Below, one piece after another: positions 37,897 to 42,262 of a stretch of 42,262 nucleotides of DNA (positions are counted from its first letter, which is position 1; every line of letters begins with the position of its first letter). The notes under the pieces are model-generated. The model saw nothing but the letters and a program-made list of their open reading frames with translations, did not search any database and was not told the origin of the DNA. The stretch is from Clostridia bacterium (GTDB lineage: Bacteria; Bacillota; Clostridia; Christensenellales; QALW01): the NCBI GenBank assembly GCA_045648525.1, contig JAZROC010000186.1, positions 1 to 42,262 on the forward strand. The letters run 5' to 3'. The position numbers were made by a program, and so were the translations under genes.

Positions 37897-38550
37897 TTAA
37901 AGCAGAATAAAACCAATGGTGTTTATTGCAAAATTCGCAAACATATGCACCGTCCACGAAACGTAAACTGTTTTGAATTTTTCGTTGAGAAAATTAAATA
38001 ATATTCCGCCAAGAAAAAGTCCCGTCATTACAAGCAAGAAAACCCATATATCAAACCAACCGATCATCATTGCAACGTGATATAAAGCAAATATTGATGA
38101 TGAAAAAACATATGCAATTTTCTTGTTAGTGATATTTTTAAAAACAAATCCACGGAAAAAAAATTCTTCCATCATCGAATTTACTAAAGATATGTAAATT
38201 GACACGTATAAGAAATTATTTCTATCTACACCCGTTGACGACGTAAGGCTTTTTGCAATAGACGAAAAGTCAAAAATATTCTTAAAAATATGATATCCAC
38301 CTAAAATTATGCCGTAAACTATACAACCTAAAATTAGTGCAACACCTATCCCCTTTTTGTCAGGAATAAATAACTCTTTAAAACGGATATCTTTAAAAAT
38401 GCGACAACATATAAAAGGTATAATAAGAAAGGTAATTATTTTTATAATCGATTTTATAATGTAACCCGGCATAATTATACCATCGACAATCGCCATTAAA
38501 ATGCAACAAAACAGCGCCGATACAATAATTACAACGTCTTTCTTTTTCAT
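37897..38550 (-). CDS. CPBP-family intramembrane glutamic endopeptidase (CAAX protease/Abi family)
   Basis: Carries the three family motifs EEFFFRGF, FALYHV and HMFANF within a polytopic protein. I set the start at ATG 38550 (AAGGAG 7 nt upstream, overlapping the PAP2 stop). Confidence 0.85.
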   Translation of the reverse strand: MKKKDVVIIVSALFCCILMAIVDGIIMPGYIIKSIIKIITFLIIPFICCRIFKDIRFKELFIPDKKGIGVALILGCIVYGIILGGYHIFKNIFDFSSIAKSLTSSTGVDRNNFLYVSIYISLVNSMMEEFFFRGFVFKNITNKKIAYVFSSSIFALYHVAMMIGWFDIWVFLLVMTGLFLGGILFNFLNEKFKTVYVSWTVHMFANFAINTIGFILL

Positions 38551-38561
38551 TATATCACTCC

Positions 38562-39464
38562 TTATAATTTGCGCCAAAGTTTAAATGTCAATGGCCAAAG
38601 GGCACCTGCAAAAGAGGTTAAAAGGAAGTATCTTATACCATCGGCAATAAATTCATTGCCAATTAAGGCATATAAAGGAGTTTTAAGCACAGATTTAATT
38701 AAAACAACAGGAATAATACCTATTGCAAGTTTAATCAACTGTGCCCACCATTTTGCCGTTGTTTCAAAGTGGGAGTAATTACTGTCAACCTCAAAAGCCA
38801 ACCACATTCCCGCAATGCAACCTAACATTTTATAGGCACTTTCTGTACCGTGGATAAGATTTTCTGCATCTACATCTGCAGGAAAATTATATAACTGGGT
38901 ATATAAAATAAGCGCGATATCAATTAAAATCATTATGCCAAACATTATGCGCATATGATTTTTGTTTCCTTTGCGTACAACGGGATAAATGGCAAAAATA
39001 AGGATAAGCGCAAGTATTATTGACACAACAACGTCAAGAGGTGTGTGGACGCCAAGCCACATTCTTGAAAATGGTACAAGGACACACAAAGCAATACAAG
39101 CCACACGAAGCCACTTGTGCTTATTCCACCTTGATATCCCGCCAAAAATGCCTACACCCGCCTGCGTATGACCGCTTGGAAAGGAGTAGCCTGTTGCCGC
39201 TTCCCTTGCCGATTCAACAATGGGAAAATCAGGTTTTAACACCCAAGGTCTTGGCACACGGAAAATAAGTTTTAAAAACTGATTTAAAACGGTTCCTAAA
39301 AGTCCCACAGAAAGTAAATAATATCCTTGTTTTTTATCAATGCACCAGAAAAACAATAATCCGATTACAATAAACACAGTTTCTTCGCCTAAAAGCGTAA
39401 TTAAAGAAAAGAAGCTATCAAGGACGGGATTCCGTAATCCTTGCAAAAATTCTAAAAATTCCAT
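38562..39464 (-). CDS. PAP2-superfamily membrane phosphatase with an extra C-terminal multi-TM extension
   Basis: Carries the acid-phosphatase motifs KLIFRVPRP, PSGHT and SRMWLGVHTPLD, followed by ~130 aa more of TM helices. I set the start at ATG 39464 (GAGG 6 nt upstream). Confidence 0.85.
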   Translation of the reverse strand: MEFLEFLQGLRNPVLDSFFSLITLLGEETVFIVIGLLFFWCIDKKQGYYLLSVGLLGTVLNQFLKLIFRVPRPWVLKPDFPIVESAREAATGYSFPSGHTQAGVGIFGGISRWNKHKWLRVACIALCVLVPFSRMWLGVHTPLDVVVSIILALILIFAIYPVVRKGNKNHMRIMFGIMILIDIALILYTQLYNFPADVDAENLIHGTESAYKMLGCIAGMWLAFEVDSNYSHFETTAKWWAQLIKLAIGIIPVVLIKSVLKTPLYALIGNEFIADGIRYFLLTSFAGALWPLTFKLWRKL

Positions 39465-39508
39465 AAAAAACCTCACTGGATTATTTTAGTATTAAACCTA
39501 ACTTTATA

Positions 39509-39537
39509 ATTATATCAGATTAAAATAGCAATGTAAA
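39509..39537 (-). promoter_or_regulatory. Putative sigma-A promoter of the PAP2-CPBP operon
   Basis: Minus strand reads TTTACA (39537-39532), a 17-nt spacer, then TATAAT (39514-39509). Confidence 0.55.
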
Positions 39538-39591
39538 TTGCATTTTTAAACATGTTTATTGCATTTTAGAACTTTTTTGACGTTACAAGGC

Positions 39592-39641
39592 AAAAAAAAA
39601 TAACAAAGCATCCTAAAACCGTGGCTTCAGTTTGCTTTGTT
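39592..39641 (-). terminator. Terminator after dgoK
   Basis: Minus strand reads AACAAAGCA-22 nt loop-TGCTTTGTT followed by ATTTTTTTTT. The large loop lowers confidence. Confidence 0.5.
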
Positions 39642-39672
39642 TTATTATAACATTAAGTTTATATGCTTTTAA

Positions 39673-40602
39673 TTATTTAGCTTCAAATACTTCAACCATA
39701 CCGTAACTTGTGGCAACGGAGGAAATATCATCAGAAACACAGATGATTTCTTTTTGCGAAAAACGTTTTAAAAGCAATGCTTCGGCTTCTTTTATTTGAG
39801 CTCTGCCTGCAATGTAAACCTTTTTTGCCTTTGATTTTATAACCTGCTCAACTTCATCTTTAAGCACTGCGCCTAAAAAGAAGCTATAGGTATCATCTTT
39901 TGTGCCTGACATAAAGTTTGATAAAATTCTTACTTTAAAAAGCGCTTTATTGATTCCGTTTTCCTTGGTATAAGAGTATCCTTCATAAAGCATATCGTTT
40001 AATTTTGCTTCATTAAAATCAATTGATGATGCTAAAATTGTATTTTTTGAAAGTGAAGCTATCATCTCCCCCGTCATTGCCGTGAAGAAATCGTAAATCT
40101 TTTCATTTTCGTCTGTAAAAATAAGTTTTGAGTGGGAGCCCGGCAAAATATACGCACCTTCGCCTTTTATGCCCATAAGCTTATTTATGCCGTAAATTTC
40201 AACTTCTTCGCCGCGCATAACATCGGTATCACCAAAGCTTTCGCCAAAGAGTCTTATTCCCGGAACAAAAGCAAATGGAATTGAGGTTATTTCAGGTATC
40301 TGCGTTTTTACAACAGATACGCTTAATTCCGTTAACCCTGCAGGCGCACTTACGTGATCTACCTTTAAAAGACCGCCTTCTGACGTAATCATTCCTGCAC
40401 AAATTACTGTTTCGATATCTTTTTCAGTTAGATTATTACGTGAAAGAAGCGTCGTTATTGCATTTTTAACACCGTCAAAAAGACCTTGCTTGTTTTCTAA
40501 ACCAAGTCTTGCACCAATATCAATTTTTACGGTATCAAGAACTTTTTTATCAAATAAATTTATGCGGGTATTTGTTGTGCCGCCATCAATGGTAATATAC
40601 AT
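39673..40602 (-). CDS. dgoK: 2-dehydro-3-deoxygalactonokinase (DgoK family)
   Basis: YITIDGGTTNTR, VMRGEEVEIYG, PGSHSKL and MTGE motifs parallel E. coli DgoK (IDWGSTNLR, VMRGEETQ, PGTHCKW, MTGE). The start is uncertain. ATG 40602 forms TAATG with the aldolase stop, and the track's ATG at 40623 has no SD. Confidence 0.8.
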   Translation of the reverse strand: MYITIDGGTTNTRINLFDKKVLDTVKIDIGARLGLENKQGLFDGVKNAITTLLSRNNLTEKDIETVICAGMITSEGGLLKVDHVSAPAGLTELSVSVVKTQIPEITSIPFAFVPGIRLFGESFGDTDVMRGEEVEIYGINKLMGIKGEGAYILPGSHSKLIFTDENEKIYDFFTAMTGEMIASLSKNTILASSIDFNEAKLNDMLYEGYSYTKENGINKALFKVRILSNFMSGTKDDTYSFFLGAVLKDEVEQVIKSKAKKVYIAGRAQIKEAEALLLKRFSQKEIICVSDDISSVATSYGMVEVFEAK

Positions 40603-41249
40603 TATTTTATTGCTTCTACGCATTTTTTGGCAAGCGCTGTTATTGATGCGTAGTCATCCTTTTCAATCATTTCTTTGTTAACGATATTGGAGCCTAATCC
40701 AAAGCCTACTGCGCCTGCTTTAAGATAATCAGCCATATTTGAAGCATCAACACCGCCAACAGCGATAAGTTTTATATGCTTTAACGGTGCAGATACCGCC
40801 TTGACGTACTCGGTGCCCATACTTGTTATCGGGAAAAGTTTAACGAAATCAGCCCCTGCAACGTGCGCTGTCTGAATTTCCGTTGGTGTAAGCGCACCCG
40901 GCATTGACACAAGACCTACTTCCTTTGTGTGCTTGATAACTTCAGTATTAGTATCAGGCGAAATGATAAACTTACCGCCCATTGCCTTTGTAATATCAAC
41001 TTGTTCCGTTGTTAAAACTGTTCCTGCACCAACAAACATTTTACCTTCAAAATGGTCAGATAACATTTTTATCATATTACCAGTTTCTTCATCAGAAATC
41101 TTTTTTGTTGCATCAAAAGTGATTTCGATAAGACGTATTCCGCCATCATACATAGCTTGTGCAAGAGGAATAAGTTTTTCCTTATCAACACCACGCACAA
41201 TAACTACAATTTTATTTTCTAAAATGGAATTTATAACGTTTCCACACAT
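40602..41249 (-). CDS. eda: KDPG/KDPGal (Eda/DgoA-family) aldolase
   Basis: 215 aa with VVIVRG, IEITF, GAGTVL, FIISP, PGALTPTE and GADFVKLFP (Schiff-base Lys) motifs. AAGGAGA lies 6 nt before the ATG. Confidence 0.9.
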   Translation of the reverse strand: MCGNVINSILENKIVVIVRGVDKEKLIPLAQAMYDGGIRLIEITFDATKKISDEETGNMIKMLSDHFEGKMFVGAGTVLTTEQVDITKAMGGKFIISPDTNTEVIKHTKEVGLVSMPGALTPTEIQTAHVAGADFVKLFPITSMGTEYVKAVSAPLKHIKLIAVGGVDASNMADYLKAGAVGFGLGSNIVNKEMIEKDDYASITALAKKCVEAIK

Positions 41250-41276
41250 ATTAATTCTCCTTTTGGCTTTTTATTC

Positions 41277-41305
41277 ATTATACTAAAGAAATTATTCCTT
41301 GTCAA
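41277..41305 (-). promoter_or_regulatory. Consensus sigma-A promoter of eda-dgoK, with its -35 box inside the thiN 3' end
   Basis: Minus strand reads TTGACA (41305-41300), a 17-nt spacer, then TATAAT (41282-41277). Confidence 0.6.
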
Positions 41306-41915
41306 TTTTCACGAGAAGCATAGTGCCATCATTTATATGAACCTTGGCTTTTTCACCCTTTATTACCTCATTGCTGACACAAAGGGCACTTGAAGGCTTT
41401 ATTTCAGCATTTTTTAAAGGATATTTTGCGTTTTCTACGTTTACACCTTTTGCAACTCCTGAAATATTATTAAGAGAGAAATAAAGAAAGTCGTCTGTTA
41501 TATATTCAGGCTCCTTTCCGACTACTTTCATTACTGAATAATCGTCGATTATTTCCGCTTTTTTGCCATTTTCATATAAATAAAGAAGCATTGAAAGGTT
41601 GCCTGAAGTATGGTCTATTCTACCGCCTGTAACACCGATTAACGTAAACTCATCAAAGCCGCGATTTATAGCCTCTTTTACTGCAAAGAAAGTATCGGTA
41701 TCATCTTTTTCACAAGGCAGGACTATGGTTTCAATATCCCTACCGGGATTTTTGAAAGAATCAAAGTCACCTATTATCAGGTCGGGTTTTAAGGAAAGTG
41801 CTTCTTCGTGTTTTAAACCACCGTCGCAATAAATAGCAAAGCCTTGGCTTAAATGCTTTCTTATTTTATTATAATCTTTTATCTGTGCACCACCGACAAT
41901 AATACATTTTTTCAT
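41292..41915 (-). CDS. thiN: Thiamine pyrophosphokinase
   Basis: MKKCIIVGG..., GDFDS, EKDDTD and GVTGGRIDHTSGN motifs. The start is uncertain: ATG 41915 matches the family N-terminus, and ATG 41933 or GTG 41945 are alternatives. Confidence 0.85.
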   Translation of the reverse strand: MKKCIIVGGAQIKDYNKIRKHLSQGFAIYCDGGLKHEEALSLKPDLIIGDFDSFKNPGRDIETIVLPCEKDDTDTFFAVKEAINRGFDEFTLIGVTGGRIDHTSGNLSMLLYLYENGKKAEIIDDYSVMKVVGKEPEYITDDFLYFSLNNISGVAKGVNVENAKYPLKNAEIKPSSALCVSNEVIKGEKAKVHINDGTMLLVKIDKE

Positions 41916-41933
41916 AAAAAAATGACCTTTCAT

Positions 41934-41966
41934 AAAAAATCCCACAGAAAAACTTTCGTCTGTGGG
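41934..41966 (-). terminator. Terminator-like hairpin between the iorB-like gene and thiN
   Basis: Minus strand reads CCCACAGA-10 nt loop-TCTGTGGG followed by ATTTTTT, which runs into the alternative thiN start codons. Confidence 0.5.
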
Positions 41967-41990
41967 ATAAACTTTTTTTAAACGGATAAA

Positions 41991-42262
41991 TTAAGAATTA
42001 TAACCTAAATCAAAGGCTTTTTTGTTCATTTCAACAAACTTTTCTTTTACGGTGTTTTCAATAGCCTTAATCCATCTTTCATAAGGAATATCGAAATACT
42101 TTGCCGCTTTGCCCATTAAGACAATATTAACTGCCTTTGATGAGCCTGCTTGTTCAGCAAGTTCAAGGGCGTTCATTTTATCAATGCTTAAACCCTTATT
42201 TTCAAGTTCTTCAAGAACGTTTACAGGATACTCTGCGGCACCGATAATTACGGGCATCGGGT
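41991..42262 (-). CDS. 2-oxoacid:ferredoxin oxidoreductase gamma-type subunit (IorB/PorG family), C-terminal part; 5' end beyond the window
   Basis: The frame stays open upstream of the track's ATG through the window edge. ...IIGAAEYP...NALELAEQAGSSKAVNIVLMGKAAKYF...NKKAFDLGY matches the C-terminal region of this family. Confidence 0.7.
   Translation of the reverse strand, partial: PMPVIIGAAEYPVNVLEELENKGLSIDKMNALELAEQAGSSKAVNIVLMGKAAKYFDIPYERWIKAIENTVKEKFVEMNKKAFDLGYNS

Overview
Low-GC Firmicutes (Clostridia-like) chromosomal core segment, densely packed and almost entirely housekeeping. I found no rRNA, tRNA, CRISPR array, IS element, integrase or prophage gene.

Gene content, left to right:
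- An edge-truncated secreted transglutaminase-like peptidase that is missing from the ORF track, co-transcribed with pyrR.
- A PD-(D/E)xK nuclease fused to an XPD/DinG-type Fe-S helicase.
- mnmA and an orphan multi-pass membrane protein.
- A roughly 18.5 kb co-directional minus-strand array: murB, PHP phosphoesterase, rapZ, whiA, dnaE, pfkA, plsX, acpP, rnc, smc, ftsY, ylxM, ffh, rpsP, khpA, rimM, trmD, rplS.
- A three-gene islet of uncharacterised envelope or unknown proteins between murB and rsmG-mnmG-mnmE.
- A divergent MurJ/SpoVB-like flippase, yabN/mazG and hup.
- An MFS transporter, a PAP2-CPBP operon, dgoA(eda)-dgoK, thiamine pyrophosphokinase, and an edge-truncated IorB/PorG-type oxidoreductase subunit.

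Several ORF-track starts look 5'-extended, and I re-set them using Shine-Dalgarno spacing. Many sigma-A-type promoters (17-nt spacers, often TGn-extended -10 boxes) and intrinsic terminators can be read directly from the sequence.

I see no convincing novel multi-gene system. The observations most worth following up are:
- the nuclease-helicase fusion;
- the hypothetical envelope islet, including a 643-aa surface protein with a poly-acidic tail;
- two identical 28-nt palindromic hairpins bracketing a third hairpin downstream of hup;
- the hairpin and missing SD in front of rnc;
- the rapZ-whiA junction lacking yvcK.

All functional calls come from motif and family recognition by eye. No database search was run.
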